Shown: piece by piece, positions 10,270 to 23,199 of the stretch
Layout of the letters: every line of letters begins with the position of its first letter
Position numbering within the stretch: position 1 is the stretch's first letter
Assembly: GCA_003693705.1 (NCBI GenBank)
Contig: RBZT01000754.1
Span: forward strand, 1-64,000
Source of the DNA: Polymyxa betae A26-41
Lineage: Eukaryota; Protista; Endomyxa: Phytomyxea
Reading direction: 5' to 3'
Length of the DNA stretch: 64,000 nt
Program-made: the position numbers and the translations under genes
The notes under the pieces: model-generated
The model's database searches: none
The model's input: the letters and a program-made list of their open reading frames with translations, nothing else
What the model was told of the DNA's origin: nothing

Positions 10270-12856
10270 TAAACCTGGGCACGGTCCGGTCCGGTAAGGT
10301 CCAGGACCGGTCCTAGGACCGGACCGGACCGGACCAATTAACTCTCAGGCGGACCGTGCAGGACCGACCATGCTCTCGGACCTGACTGAACCGAACCGCT
10401 TACCAACGATAGGACCCCGGACCGGACCGGACTGGATCGTCCGGACCGGTCCTGAGACCGGTCCGCAAGGGTCCCCTGGCCTACCTGCATTTCTAACTTT
10501 AAGGATACTCAATTCCTGCGTCGTGTTATTAAAATGTATTTTTATTGAATTCTCCCAAACAGTCAGTTCCTGGAAGCCAATTTCATCAGTTTTTCTGTGC
10601 TATCACTCGTGAGGGAACACCGTTTCGGTGTAATCACGTTACCGCTCTCTGAAAATATCGATTCACATGGGACATAACTTCCCATGATCATCAGAGTATC
10701 ACGCGCCAGCTGGCTTAGAGAAGGAAACCTCTGTGCATGCGCATTCCACCATTGTAGAATATCGGTGCAAGTTTGGTCCGGCCGTGCTGTAGTCAGCAAG
10801 AAGTCGGCAACATCATCACGGTCATCACATGCTGCTTCGTCCCCAGATGATTCCGCGAGAAGGTCAAAATGTCGCTCATCCCCGCTTCTAGAAGCAGGTT
10901 GAGATGCAATATATCCATACTCTGATGAAAGGATAGCTCGGATCAACTCCTTGAGACTTGATTGTTGCTTGTTCGCGGATCCAGAATGAGGGCGATTTTG
11001 TTAGTGATGCTGCACATATGTTTCTCATATCTCAAAAGCTTGTCTTTCATATCAGAGGCAGCATTTTTGACACTTGGAGTTGTGAAACCTGTTGAAGCGT
11101 TTCCCATATCAGTCTTTTCGCACAATTTGGTTAACAAACGAAATATCCGGGGCTGCCTCGAAAGCGCTGCATAAGAAGACCCACTAGCCGCAACAGTACA
11201 CTGATATGCCTGTTTCAAGAAATCTTCGTCCGACTTCAGCACTCTCCAGATCATCGGATCTGTCAAAAAAGAAAACTGACCCAATGTATTGGCGTACTCT
11301 GAACGTCCTATTATGTGAATCGCTACTCGCTCGAACTTGAACCAGTTTTCTGTCATCTCGAACATTGTATTCCAGCGAGTTTCGACGTCAATATTGGGAA
11401 CATGAATCTGTTGCTTAGTGAATCCAAGCATTAGACAAGCTTCCTCAAACGCTTCACAAAGCTGACAGGACACACGGATTGCCTGAAAAACTGGGTCAGG
11501 GGTTAAGTACAGAATATAGCAGCTCTTACCTTCGTAAATTCCTGTAAAAGTTCAATATCTTTCTTGATAGATTGTACGGCATCAATGACTGCCCTGTTGA
11601 TAATGTGGCAGACACACCGTATATGCCAGTCGTCGTTCAAATCAAGATTGAACTCTGATATCAGTCTATCTTTGAGACGAGACATAGCAGGAGCCATTTC
11701 AGCACCACTGTCAGTAGTGACTGCTCTGAAACGATTACCTAATTTGTAGTATTTCAGGATTTCATAAACAATCTCCGTCTCCGATGTGGTGATCTGGTTA
11801 TGCGGACGTGGGAAATATCGATAATCGAGTAAAGCACTTTGCAAGCGCCAATGATCATTAATCCAGTGACATGTCGTGCCCAAAAACCCTTTCATATCTC
11901 TTGAAGACCAGCCATCTATAGTGATGGCAGCACGACCAGGATTTGTTTCAAGAATAACTTGAAATTTTGATTTGGCAACAGCAAATTAATCACTCAAGCA
12001 GCGAGCCAGAGTATGTCGGCTGGGAAGCTCATATCGTGGATCAATTATTTTCAGAAACGACGAAAGAGTCTGGCTTTCCAGAACGTTAAATACTTGCTTA
12101 ACTTCTTGTTTCTTGCGTGTCGAATCATCAATCGGAGGCAGTTGTGGATCGATAATTGTTCCATTTGCAGATAATGTAGTTTGCTTAGATCCTGCTTCAT
12201 TACAGACCGGTTTGACGATATTGTGAGCATTCTTCAGGTGTCTTTCTAATGTGCTATTTCTAGTTTGCTTGCCGAACAACGCAGGCTTCTTAGAAGGACA
12301 TTTGAGACAAATTTCGTTAGCAGGGTTTTCCTGAGACAGGCCAAAATATTCGTTTGCCCAGAAGTCAGACATTCGCCTTTTTAAAGTTCGACCGCAAGGC
12401 GAAATCAGAGGGGTGTCATCTGCTACGGATTTCCCTTCCATTAAAAAAGGCTCTTATTCTCCTGATTCAAGCTCAACGACCTCTAGCTCGATTGCAGCTG
12501 CGTCAGATACACATGAAGAGGACGTTATTGAGAAGGGAGAAGTTGGCGATGTTAAAAGAAAGGATTCCACGACGGGTTTCAACTGTTCAGATGGGAACGA
12601 GACTTGGAATGCAGTATTTTTATCAGGAAGCTACAGGCATTTTTCAATTCTAGGCTACCTAGTTCCTGTAGCCCAGTTGTTTCTGGTGACAATCAGCAAG
12701 TAGCAGGTGAAGTGTCCTTGTCTTGTGAGTGGCCGTGCGCCAGTGTTTCCAACACGCGGAAAAAACAATACTGAGAATTTTATTTGACGGAGCTGGGAAC
12801 TGCGAAGGGACCGTGAAAGACCGGTCCAGGACCGGTCTTTGGACCGGACCGGACCG
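10270..12856 (-). mobile_element. hAT DNA transposon; left terminus probably intact, right TIR lost
   Basis: TAAACCTGGGCACGG start, clusters of GGACC/GGTCC subterminal repeats at 10283-10465 and 12805-12856, and transposase fragments between them. Confidence 0.85.
10563..12441 (-). pseudogene. hAT transposase (BED finger, DDE core, hATC dimerization domain), fragmented
   Basis: CLKC...LERHLKNAH (BED), GTTCHWI, VTTDSG, HIRCVCHIIN, DVETRWN, ILDPR, ILQWW..FPSLSQLARD..CESIFS. Confidence 0.92.
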
Positions 12857-12859
12857 AAT

Positions 12860-15310
12860 CGAGGTGTAAGACTCCTTGACAAAATACCATAATGCCGGGC
12901 CAACGAGGGCTAAAAAATCGTCGCCCATTTCCGACAATTGGTGTAGATTTTATTTAGGAAGGAGCGGCGCCATGCAAAACGGTGCCAAAACGGATGTCTG
13001 ACCTCCTTTTTGAAAACGCCGTTTCACGGAGAGAAAACTGCGTTTTATGATGAGGCTCCGTTTTGCCTCCAGACAGTTGCAACTCAGTTTGAAACGGCGT
13101 TTTGCGCCACGGAACTGCGTTTTCAGCCTGCCTCCAGACTTACTCTTAGCTAGACGCCGATCCAGCAACGTCAACGCGGCCCTGATCGGCGTGCTCCTCA
13201 TCGGTGGCGCTGCCTTGAACACGAACTCCGGACTCGCCAGAATCTCCGTGACTACGTCCATGTCCGTGGTCGGCAGCCAATCCTTGATTGGTTTCAACTC
13301 CGTGACCGTCATCACCTGAATTGCATAGATTCATCTGTGTCATCATCCGACACATCCAGAGCAGTCCGCACTGCGGCGGCTCGCTTCATAACGCTCTGTG
13401 TGTCGCCGACGCCGTCCTGAAACCGGAATGTATCCTCATAAAAATGAGTATTGCGAGACTCAGTGATTCGCCGACTCACCATAAGCAGGAACACCCATGC
13501 CTTCTTCGCCATTGAAACGCCGCTCTGGACCGCGCGCTCCGCGTGCCGACACAGCTTCTCCTTTGTCAGCTTCCTGATCAGCACCCATTCTTCAGATCCG
13601 AAGACGCGTGCGAGAAAGGTTCGGCCGCGGTCCAGTAAGAACTTCAAGTGTGGTCGTCTGTCCGCTCAGTCGTCGAAGCGGAACTCGGTTATAGATCCAG
13701 GTAGAGTACTGGATGGCACTCCTCCAATACTCCGTGGGAAGACCAGACCTGATCAACAACGCCTGTGTCATTGCCACCAATTTTCCGCCGATCACATCCG
13801 AGAGCCCGTTCTGGAACGGCATTTTCGGGTCCGAGAACTCCTGCTGCGCACCCATCTCGTAGAGTTCCTTGCTGAATTCTCGCTGGAGAACTTGTCTCCT
13901 AGGGTCAGCGCAAAACACCTCCACGCGATTGTTGTCTGGGCTCATTCTCTCCAAACGCTTCAGAGCTGAAGTGGCGTGCAGCTCCTGTTGTCCGTTCCTG
14001 CTAAGTTTCACTGTCACTGCAAAACCGCTTGCATGGTCAACGTCAGTGGCAAAACAGTTCGTGCCATCGTTGGACAAGTCCGGCATCGACTGAAAATCCG
14101 ACCCGATCACCTCTCGTGGTCGCAGTTCACGAGTCCGCCGCCTCGGAATTTTCGCCACCTGCAGGTGCGCTTCGACTCAGACCCTGCACTTGCACTTCGC
14201 TTCCCGGTCCGCGTCGATGACGATCCGCAAACCGCCAACGGACCTTTGCGACTCCATCGCCGCCAGCGTCTGCTCACAGACATGACCCAGCCGGGAATGC
14301 GCCAGATCCTTCGAATCAGTGCCTGGCTGCTGTCCTTGGTTTTAATTTAAGCTGAGGAGGGTCAAGGCAATTCTATGCAAAAATCCTGCTCCCAAGAATG
14401 GCCAGCATAAAGCAGACCCTGCCGAAGGGATGCAGTCAGCAGAATCTTACCGTAGGCAGCAATAATCTTCGACGATCGCGCAATCTCCCCATGTGATCAG
14501 TTCCGGCACCCAGGTTGGTAAGGGCCGCTGTCATGGCGAAGAAGTTGACGACCGCGTCCATCGCCTAGTTCACGTTTTTCATGGTGACAAGCTGCCCGTT
14601 AGCGGCTTTCCAGACACCGTCACCCTTACCGTGAATTTCTATGCCATTACCGCCCACGCCTCCAAATGACGGCCTCTTTTCTTTGTCGAGCATCTGGAGT
14701 CCGCCTTTGAAATGCTCAGTATGGGTTGAGACGTGACCAAAGGTTGCGGCTCCGTCCAACACCCACTCGCGGAATTCTGCGGAGTTCCGCTGTCGCTAGA
14801 CAACGCCATTGACAGAATCGCCACATTTGCGCGGCCCTTGACGTCGTTCTGTGCGTCCTTCTTTTTACTTCGACAATCGGCAGCTCGGTGGCCGCTCTTT
14901 CCATAGTCATAACAGCGCCCTTTGAACGCTCACCTACGGCGTCCGCGAACCGCGCTCATCCCCTGTCAGGCGTCAGAGTCCGTGACGTCACCAATTACTG
15001 CCATCCGTCGTAGATGTAAAATACGTTGCTTGAGGACAACTCCTTCGACAGTCCCGACGGTCGTCGATTCCGGACCTGCTCCATGTCGTTTGGGAGGGAC
15101 ATGCACATGAGGACGCCCATCACGAGGTCCGGCAGGGCACGGTTCTGGTCAATGACCATGCGCATGTTCTTGTCGACCATGGCCTCCAGCATGCCAAACA
15201 ATTCAATATAATGCGTCGCCAAGTCCTGACTCTTCTTCCCCGGGTATTCAGCTGATAAGGCCGACCAAGCCCCGGCTGGATAGTTTACGAATGCCTTTAT
15301 CATCATAGTA
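12860..15310 (-). mobile_element. Ty1/copia element E (GC-rich), degenerate internal region without LTRs
   Basis: gag remnant 14995-15306, zinc knuckle near 14880-14920, WVLDGAAT protease, WHSRLGH near 14290, integrase ORF 13592-14158 (QNGLSD, LPTEYW). Confidence 0.8.
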
Positions 15311-16675
15311 GCGCAACTCTATCTCCGTGGACGATTTGCTTTCTTGTATCAATTATATTTTCGACTTCGAATACAGAATGGTTTTGTATCCGTGATTCGG
15401 TAGATGCCTCTCCATTTAACAAAGAACTTTCCCACCGTATTTGGCTCAGGTAGACCAATGAAAACAAAATCACCGACTTAGAAATTCGTTAATCTCGTCA
15501 ATCTCCGAAACTGGTCTTTGTGCGCTCTCTTCTACGCCCGCTGTTTTTGCGAACTTCAGCAATTCTCGATGCATTTTCTGAAGCGCGAATCCAAATCCGT
15601 CACACACTTTGTAACTTTGTCTTTTGATAATGAACTTTCCGAGAAAACTCTCTACCTGGGTGCCAAAAAAACATCCGATAACGGATTTTCGGGTGTGAGA
15701 CGAATCATGACTGTAATAGGTGCATTAACGTTCAACAGAATCTGCTCTCTGTAATTGATCGTATGTTCAATATTATGATTTCAAGTAGGGCCAATCGTGC
15801 TTGTCCCATCTCAGCTCTGACAACAAAACTATGATTAACAATACATGTTTTTTGTTTATCACTTCACTTGAACCATTATTGTAGTGTCCGTAGGCAACTG
15901 TCATGTCATGCTTCATATTGCATCTGCGTTCGTATGGCCCAAGATTTGCGTACTGCCAAACAGAGCTCGACATTCCATCAGCGCTTCCACTGTTACCATG
16001 GCGTTCGGTGTATGTGCTGGGGTGATTCTAGTCATACCATTCAGGTCTTCTTTCAAAACCAGATCCTTCTGAAAATTGTGGGATTGATGTTGAGGTCCTG
16101 GCACTACATACTCTATAGACAAGTCATATGTAGCACTTCATTACGCTGCGCTACGTGCCGTTAAAGGCTTCTTCGAGTGGCCTTGGAATTCTGACTCTAG
16201 CTCTGGTTGGAACTCAGTTCAAACCAAGTTTGCACAATTATCTCACATCTTTTTCTCGGCATTTCCACTAGCAGAACTCTGCTAATATTTTGTCGTTGCT
16301 TGATATCCCGGATGGCCGCTGATGATTCGAGCCTTGGCAGGTTTCATCTTTAATTCCAGCTTGAGAACCGACGCCATGATAAAAGGAATTTCTCGATGTG
16401 TGGACGTATCTTTTTTGAGTAATATTCCAACCCACTGAGAAAATCTGCATCAGTAAAAACTGCCATATTCGCGTTCATCAAATTGGTCATAACCGAAGAA
16501 CGAAGGTTGTGTTCCACCATTGTGAGAGCACTTTGAGGATATGCAGTGGGACCAGTACCTTGGCGTCGTGTGTTATCGAGAATTTCTCGATAACGTTCAT
16601 ACTTTTGACGGAACAGCGATGTCGCGAATATCCAAGGTCCTGAGTATTGCAGGTTTGCCTGGCTTAACTAAAAGT
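15310..16675 (-). mobile_element. Ty3/gypsy fragment (deleted pol, integrase remnants)
   Basis: LVLKEDL, ALMECRALFG and YGHYNNGSSEVINK integrase motifs, homologous to the gypsy at 24.0-24.6 kb. Confidence 0.65.
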
Positions 16676-16865
16676 TGTAGCAAGTCTACTTGAAACTGAT
16701 GCTACAATTGTAATGATGAATGCAGAATGATCATATTAGATGGATTTCAAGCCGTTATATATCATTAGCATCGGGGGTTTGCTCGGAATTCGGAAAAATT
16801 CCGATCAACGGAGTTTAATCAGGTCTGATCGGAGGTTAGTCAAAGATTGCGTATAAATTGACAAA
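16676..16865 (-). repeat. Gypsy 3' LTR (190 bp)
   Basis: Reverse-complement homolog of the solo LTR at 38104-38291. PPT (ctccccctccc on the plus strand) immediately follows 16865. Confidence 0.85.
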
Positions 16866-17335
16866 CTCCCCTCCCTAAAACACTCTACGGATATTATGAG
16901 TATCCGGAAATCCTAAGTTGCGGTTAAAAAACCATCGGGCGAGAGATCAATAATGGAAAAAGACATGCAACTCACTTCAGAGTCCACTGCTTAAGCTTTT
17001 CAGAACCCATATCCGCTAATGCATGATTCAATAACTTCAATTCTTTACGACAAAGTTTTACCAAATCAGGAACATCTATCGAAAGACTCTCTAACAGTTC
17101 CCAGCTACTTTTTGTCCGAGTGAATCCCTTCAAATCAACCAAGAAATCAATCTGCAGAGTATCCGAATTGAAACGACAGTCAAGGAATCGTTAAACCTCA
17201 TAGCTTGCATTATAATATCATAAGTAAACCGGTCCTTTATTTCTTTACTTAGATTGAATGGTCTATCAGCATATATCAAATTCGCTCCCCATGTACAATC
17301 CGTTTTGCACCATTGGCAACATTTTCGACTTCGAA
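16866..17335 (-). mobile_element. Gypsy 3' end with chromodomain remnant
   Basis: Minus strand near 17060-17150 reads FLVDLKGF..SSWELLESL..DVP, with the PPT adjacent to the LTR. Confidence 0.7.
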
Positions 17336-17379
17336 AATGTAATTACTATTCCCCTATGCATCTTTGCTAGTGAAACTTG

Positions 17380-17860
17380 TGCGGATCGTTTTCGTGTATA
17401 GATCGGACCGGCCCGAGTTTTCGTGGCGACAAATGGCGTCGAATTGAAGGTAATTTTAATCTTTTAACCGGCTAGGGTGGATGCTGCCCAATTGTGAAAT
17501 TTTCTTTGCTCTCAGTTCATTAATAGTTTTAAAGGTTTTCTGCATTGATTAAAACAGCTGGCTGCCCTTATGAATGATTTTTTCTCTACATTTCCTTCGG
17601 TCTTGTCACTGATGGGACGCATAATGACTTTACCTTTTCGCTTGAAGGGCCTTTCGGGGCCACTCTAGCATTCCTGTTTGTTCAACCTATAGTTTGTAAA
17701 CCCTGTACTGATTGTTGTCGTGTATAGGTCGGGGCGGTCGGGGTTCTTGCTGGCGATGTTGGCTTCGAATCGGGACTCCTTTCAGCAATTGTATCGGCTA
17801 GGGTGGATGCTGCCCTTTTATAAAATTTTCTCTCTTCCCAGTTTATTATTTTAAGGGCAA
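17380..17860. repeat. Two diverged units of a ~325-bp-period repeat
   Basis: Core AGGGTGGATGCTGCCC at 17474 and 17800, each preceded by a GAT(C/T)GTT(T/G)TCGTGTATAG box. Confidence 0.65.
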
Positions 17861-17919
17861 CACTATCACAGTTTCAAATTGATTGCTTAAATCTGAGTTC
17901 TAACAAAATTTTTTATAAT

Positions 17920-19790
17920 TGCTTTTGAAGTTATCCAGCGACCAGTTGTTTGCAATTCGAAGATTTTCAAGTACTTTCACAGCAGCAGCTTCAGATTTCC
18001 CTTCTGCAATACTGGCAGCAGTCTTTTTTATATCTTGTGTCGTCTCGAAAAGAACTTTATCTCCGTGTCAGACGACGTCCACCGTGGCCCATACCTCTCT
18101 GCTCGAGCTATTCATCATTTGGGTTGCCACCAAGACCGATGTTAAATTCCTTCCAAATTTCATCGACGGTGAATAGATTTTTCGACAGTTTATAATGAGG
18201 AACGGGGGGAGGGGCATGACAAGCCGAGCTGTCAGTGTGGGGTAGCTCTGTTTTCTCCTCTTTAGCCATCGATCTCGGCACCGGTTCATTTGCTGGAACA
18301 CGATTTATGAATATAGGGGGCACGTCCGGAGATCAAATCATTGAGCTAAACGACTAAAGATTTCTCTTGCTTTTGAAAACTCTTGGCGTAGCTCGGCGAT
18401 TTTGGCCACGATTTAGCCATGAATACAGTCGATTTTGGCTGACAAATCTTGCATGGCGTTCTGCAATCTCATCTCGGTCGGATCGCATGAATCCAAGATT
18501 CTCTGTTCATGCTGCTTGAATTCGCGAAACGGCAAAGATTGATAAAGAGGCAATGTATGCAATGCGAACAAGGCATCATTGGGGAACTTCTCAATTAGAA
18601 CAGCAGCATACTGAAGAATGACAATTCGGAGATACTGTAACAGTCGTAAAAACCCATTGAACAGCTAGTGTCTTCTCTCAAATCTACGACATCGTTCAAA
18701 TAGTCTTCAGTAAATGGGAGTTTTTGGCGCTGAAACAGTTCGCTGGGATTTGTATTCGCTCGCTTTAAATAATACTGCCCCGATTAAGGCGGAAATCCAG
18801 CCATCGTTCGGATAGCGGCACGAGGTAAATCCGATAAATAACATCCAGCTAATGCTTGAGCATTCCAACGACCTAAACGGCGTATGTCTGCTTCTTCGGC
18901 ACCACCATGTTTTGCAATACTTGCACCTGATCCACGTGCAACATGCGTTTTGGCTTTAGTGGTGATTCCAAATATGTGAAACATTCACTGATGCCATTTA
19001 ATTGGGTCTGGTACGTAACTTCTGACGACGGCCCTTTCCATCCGGGTATCACTTTCAGATCAAACCAATGCCTATTGGTAGTTAGGTTCAAAGTTAGAAG
19101 AAGATTCAGATGCCAAAGCCGTAAGAAATAAAATCCAAAACAGCCAATGGCACAGACTTCTGGATTCTGATGCCGAATACACGCTACAAGTTCTTGCCGG
19201 CCAAATTGATTTGTTTTGCCTCGATCCATCACTACAATCAAGGCCTTGCATGGCGTATAACCTTCATTTTCCAAATCCAGTGCTAACAAGTCAACAAGCT
19301 CACATCGTCGGAAGCTTTCGCCTCTTAACAGGCAAAAATGGCTAAGCATGAACATGAGCTTGTTCCTTACACCCGATAAGTTATTTTGAGATGTAAAATG
19401 GCTGCATATTCTCTGCAGCTCTTCAATCCTGGTGAACCCACCCATCTTGTAACGTGCCAGCTCCACGATCAAAGGTATTTGCTCTGTTGAGGGCGTGCGT
19501 AGCACTTCTAGCAAATCGAAAGAGATGTTTCAACGCAGGACAGTCACGAGGGTGGGGATTCGAGTTTCTGATAAAAGAGCTTCTGTTGATTGCATAAATC
19601 AATGCATGCGGCTCCTTAAGCCTTCAGCGACGAGGATCCAATGACGGCACCTCTTTGCTGTTTGTTCGGTCTGTTCACAACAGTCCTGAGGAAAGAATGG
19701 ATTTTGGGTCGAGTAACTGGAAGAATCGGTAACCGTGACACTACGCGATAGAAAATCGATATGTTTGAAATGCTGGGAGAGCCGCACCTA
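17920..19790 (-). mobile_element. CryptonF-type tyrosine-recombinase transposon relic with C-terminal GCR1_C domain
   Basis: DRGAGTLQDG near 19460, LLRGES, GKTNQFGR, IRH..PEVC, KTHVARGSGA, RRLGRW..ALAGCYL, and GCR1_C YKLSK..TVDEIWKEF.IG at 18108-18323. Confidence 0.9.
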
Positions 19791-21070
19791 TGCTATGCTT
19801 GGTTGAAACTAGGCGCTCCGCCTAGAAGAAAAAAATATTTTAGGGGTGTAACTTGACTGTATCTCGAAGCGGTAGTCATCGTCACTTTGCTGGGTGAAAT
19901 CAAGGACGAGAGACTCGGCGCCATTGTTGTTTACCCACCAGTTGTCAATGCAGTCTGGGTGAGTTTTAACAGGGAGTGGCAGCCCCACTTTATAGACGCA
20001 CTCCTGTGGGGTATTGACTTTGAAATATAACATTAGACATTGTCTTTGGTCGCCATCGTCGCCGTCATATCTTGATGCTCGTACTTTTTCTTATTAGCGA
20101 ACATTTTCGCCGTCAGTCTGTTTGGCTGCGGATATGAAACAGAATTTCAAGACCGTCTTTCGATATTTCCTGCGTATTATCAGTTCCTGGAAACAAGGGA
20201 AATATAACGATATGTGTCAATATTTGCAGAGTATTTCTTGAAAAAGGCTCTTATTTTATTATATATATATCAACTGCCCAATGGACTCCGTGACGGAATA
20301 TCCGGTCTGGAAATGTGAGCTGGAATACAGAATTGATTTTGCCCCAAAACACCAAAATCAGAACCGTAGGTCTGCTACAGATTGCGTGATGTTTCAAGGT
20401 TTGGTGATCCAGATAGTGCATAATGTGGTGCATCCGCAAGCGTTTTTTTCAGAATTGGTATCAGCTTCGACAGCCGAATGGATCGCTTCGACTTTAGATT
20501 GTGTTGGGATCATGTTCTTCGAAACGCTTGGTGGGATTGGGATTTTCGTTTTCCGTCAAATATATTCGGCGTGGACCGAATTCTGGGGTTTTTATCAGGC
20601 CGCGTCACATCGTCACCGCAGAATATTGTATTTATATCAGTAGGATAATAATCGAAGGAAGACTGATGTGAGCCTGTGAAGGAATCACTGTCGCCTTTCA
20701 CAACAATAAAGAATCAATACACGGAATGCAGGAAGCAAACAGTACTTAGATCCTCTCCAGTACATACTGGCTATTAATGTCCCGGGCCTATACTTCGCCA
20801 TCATCGGTAGCTTCACCTTAATATATTTGCCTGTTTGTTGTTTCAGGGCCCCCTTGGCGTACTCACTTCTCAACAGACAATGCAGGGACAAAGTCAAAAG
20901 ATGACGGGGAATTGGTCGGCCATGGCAACGATATGAAGCTCCTTTTTTGACCAATTTTATGATCAATGATCAATAAAATGATCAAGTCCGTAGATACTGC
21001 CACCATAATAACTGGTGTCGTTTAGCAGCGATTATTTCCCTGAAATTTGATATTTGATCTGAATCTAATC

Positions 21071-22652
21071 ATGCCAGCCTCTGCTGCAAAGCATCCGATG
21101 ATTTTGTCGGCAACCACAAATATGTATTCTCTTCTACCTACAGGAACGGCCAACATTATTATAGATGCAGCCAATGGCGTACATCTAAAAAGCGATCATC
21201 TTCATGTCCTGCTGCTCTCCTTGTCGATCCTGACGGAATTATCGACCAAGGATTTATTTCCAAAGATCACACGTGTCGAATTGGTTTAGACGATTGCGAA
21301 TCCGTTTCCCAAATCGTTAACGTGATTGCAGAAGCATACTTATATTGTTGTATTGATCGATTTGTAAAATTCAGTATCTGTCATGCGTTTCCTTAGATGC
21401 AAGATCTCATTGATGATCTTGCAATTTCTCAGCGGTCCTAAACAGCCGAATCGATCTGGATTGATGTCAGAAATGTCATTGTTTCTAAGTATGGTCGCGT
21501 TCCAATTCACATGATGGACAAAAATCAAGTCATCGCTCGTGTGGAAAGCAAGCGCCATGGCGGTCGGAGAGCCGATAGGCTCCAAGATATCGAGAATCCC
21601 AATCTTGCTCTTTCCAGAGATGGAATGAGCTCATGGCTGTGTTTTAACACAGCCATGAGCGACCCATCTACACCCATCGTCCAACATCGGCTTGTTGGTT
21701 GGGCTCATTCTGGACTTCGAAATCTGCTTCGATATCAGGGAGTGCATCTGTTTATCGATGCGACGTTCAAATTGTTCCAGACAAATTTAGGCAATTGCTG
21801 GTGATTATGGCTAGAGAAGCAGGAAGTGACATGTACATTCCTGTTTTTCACATCTTGATGACTGGTCAAACATCGTATCTGTATCAATTCGCACTGAATC
21901 TCTGCATCGCTGTCATGGGATGCCGAAAAAAGATCGCTACAGTTACTTGCGATTTTGAAAGAGCGTTGATGACTGCGATTAAAGGTAAAAATCACTGACA
22001 AAACTTTGAATTATTTGACAAATATGTTTGTTTATCGTGTACAACAGGAGCGTTTGGCCAACAAACATTGATCATTGGCTGTCTGTTTCACTGGAAACAG
22101 GCCAACCGCAGGAACCTTGAAAAATTGCAGGTAACTGATCAGACGATTCACAAACTAATGCAGCCTGGAATCCTGGACATTCTGACAGTTATTCCACACG
22201 AAGAGATATGCACAGTTGGATTTCAGTATATCCGTCAGAGGCTGAGGCTGTCTGAGGACGACGAAACAACCAAGATGGAATCGTTCTTTGAGTATTTCAG
22301 TGCGACGTGGATGAGAGAATTCTCTCCCGCAACAAGGAATTTTCATAATCAGATCAACAATCAAGAAATCGCTAACCGCACTAACAACGGTCATCCGAAT
22401 ATTCTCGATTTCGTTGAGCGTCTTATGAAAGACAGCGAGGAAGTGTTCGAGAAGTATCAGGATTGTCAGGCCGGGCGAGTAAGGCCACCAAGGCACGATT
22501 CAACATTTCTACCTGATTCATCTCTAATTTCCGACGATTATCGAGCATTTCGCCTAAGAAATATCTCGATTGCAGTTCAATCCAATCTACAAACTGGTAA
22601 ATTGGATCTTTCAGATTCTTTTGATCTAAAACCATGCCGGTATCTCTTCTGA
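21071..22652 (+). pseudogene. Mutator-like (MULE) transposase with N-terminal FLYWCH/WRKY-like zinc finger, probably two introns
   Basis: YYRCSQW...C..., LFIDATFK, TCDFERAL, GCLFHWKQA, FFEYF..TW and RTNN motifs. Confidence 0.88.
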
Positions 22653-23199
22653 GGCTGTTCCAGCTGTAGTATTACGCTCTGTTGTGCAAGAACCCCAAAC
22701 ATCATTACCTTGGAACGAGTTGCTGTTAAGATTCGGTAATCTCGAGCCGGGTTTTGGGGGAAGCTGCTCACAATTGGTTCAGCTGCTCCTTTAATTTCTA
22801 GGGAAGTTTCTGTCTCTGTTGATGGTGATGGAGATGAAGATCTGTGGCGCCGAGATACTCATTATTTTGCACGTAAGATGAAATTCACATCTCGGCCATG
22901 TGATTTTATTTTTGCACAGCCAATGGAGATTCAAGCTGCTTCTCTCCCATCGTTCAAGAAGATGGAAGCAGCACCGAGACAGTTTACCACTGTTCGTTCT
23001 CCTTCTATGAACGATTCAATGTTTTCTCCGATTCCTTCCACCCAACTTCGCCGCGATTCTTCAAAATGTCAGCCTTGGTTTCCTGACACAACCGAATCGG
23101 ACCTTAGCTCTGGCGATGAAGGTACCAAATTCCCGCATTTTGTCATTGCAGAATTATTCAGCAAGTTGTTTTTAGAATCCATAGTGACTCCTTAATCAG

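Noticed and set aside
10283-10465. GGACC/GGTCC cluster as a CRISPR-like array
   Set aside because: These are irregular 5-bp motifs mirrored at 12805-12856 around a hAT transposase, so they are ordinary subterminal repeats with no repeat-spacer periodicity.
14340-14500. Lower-GC patch as a separate insertion in copia E
   Set aside because: The minus strand reads ILLTASLRQGLLY, the usual protease-to-integrase linker, and there is no TSD.
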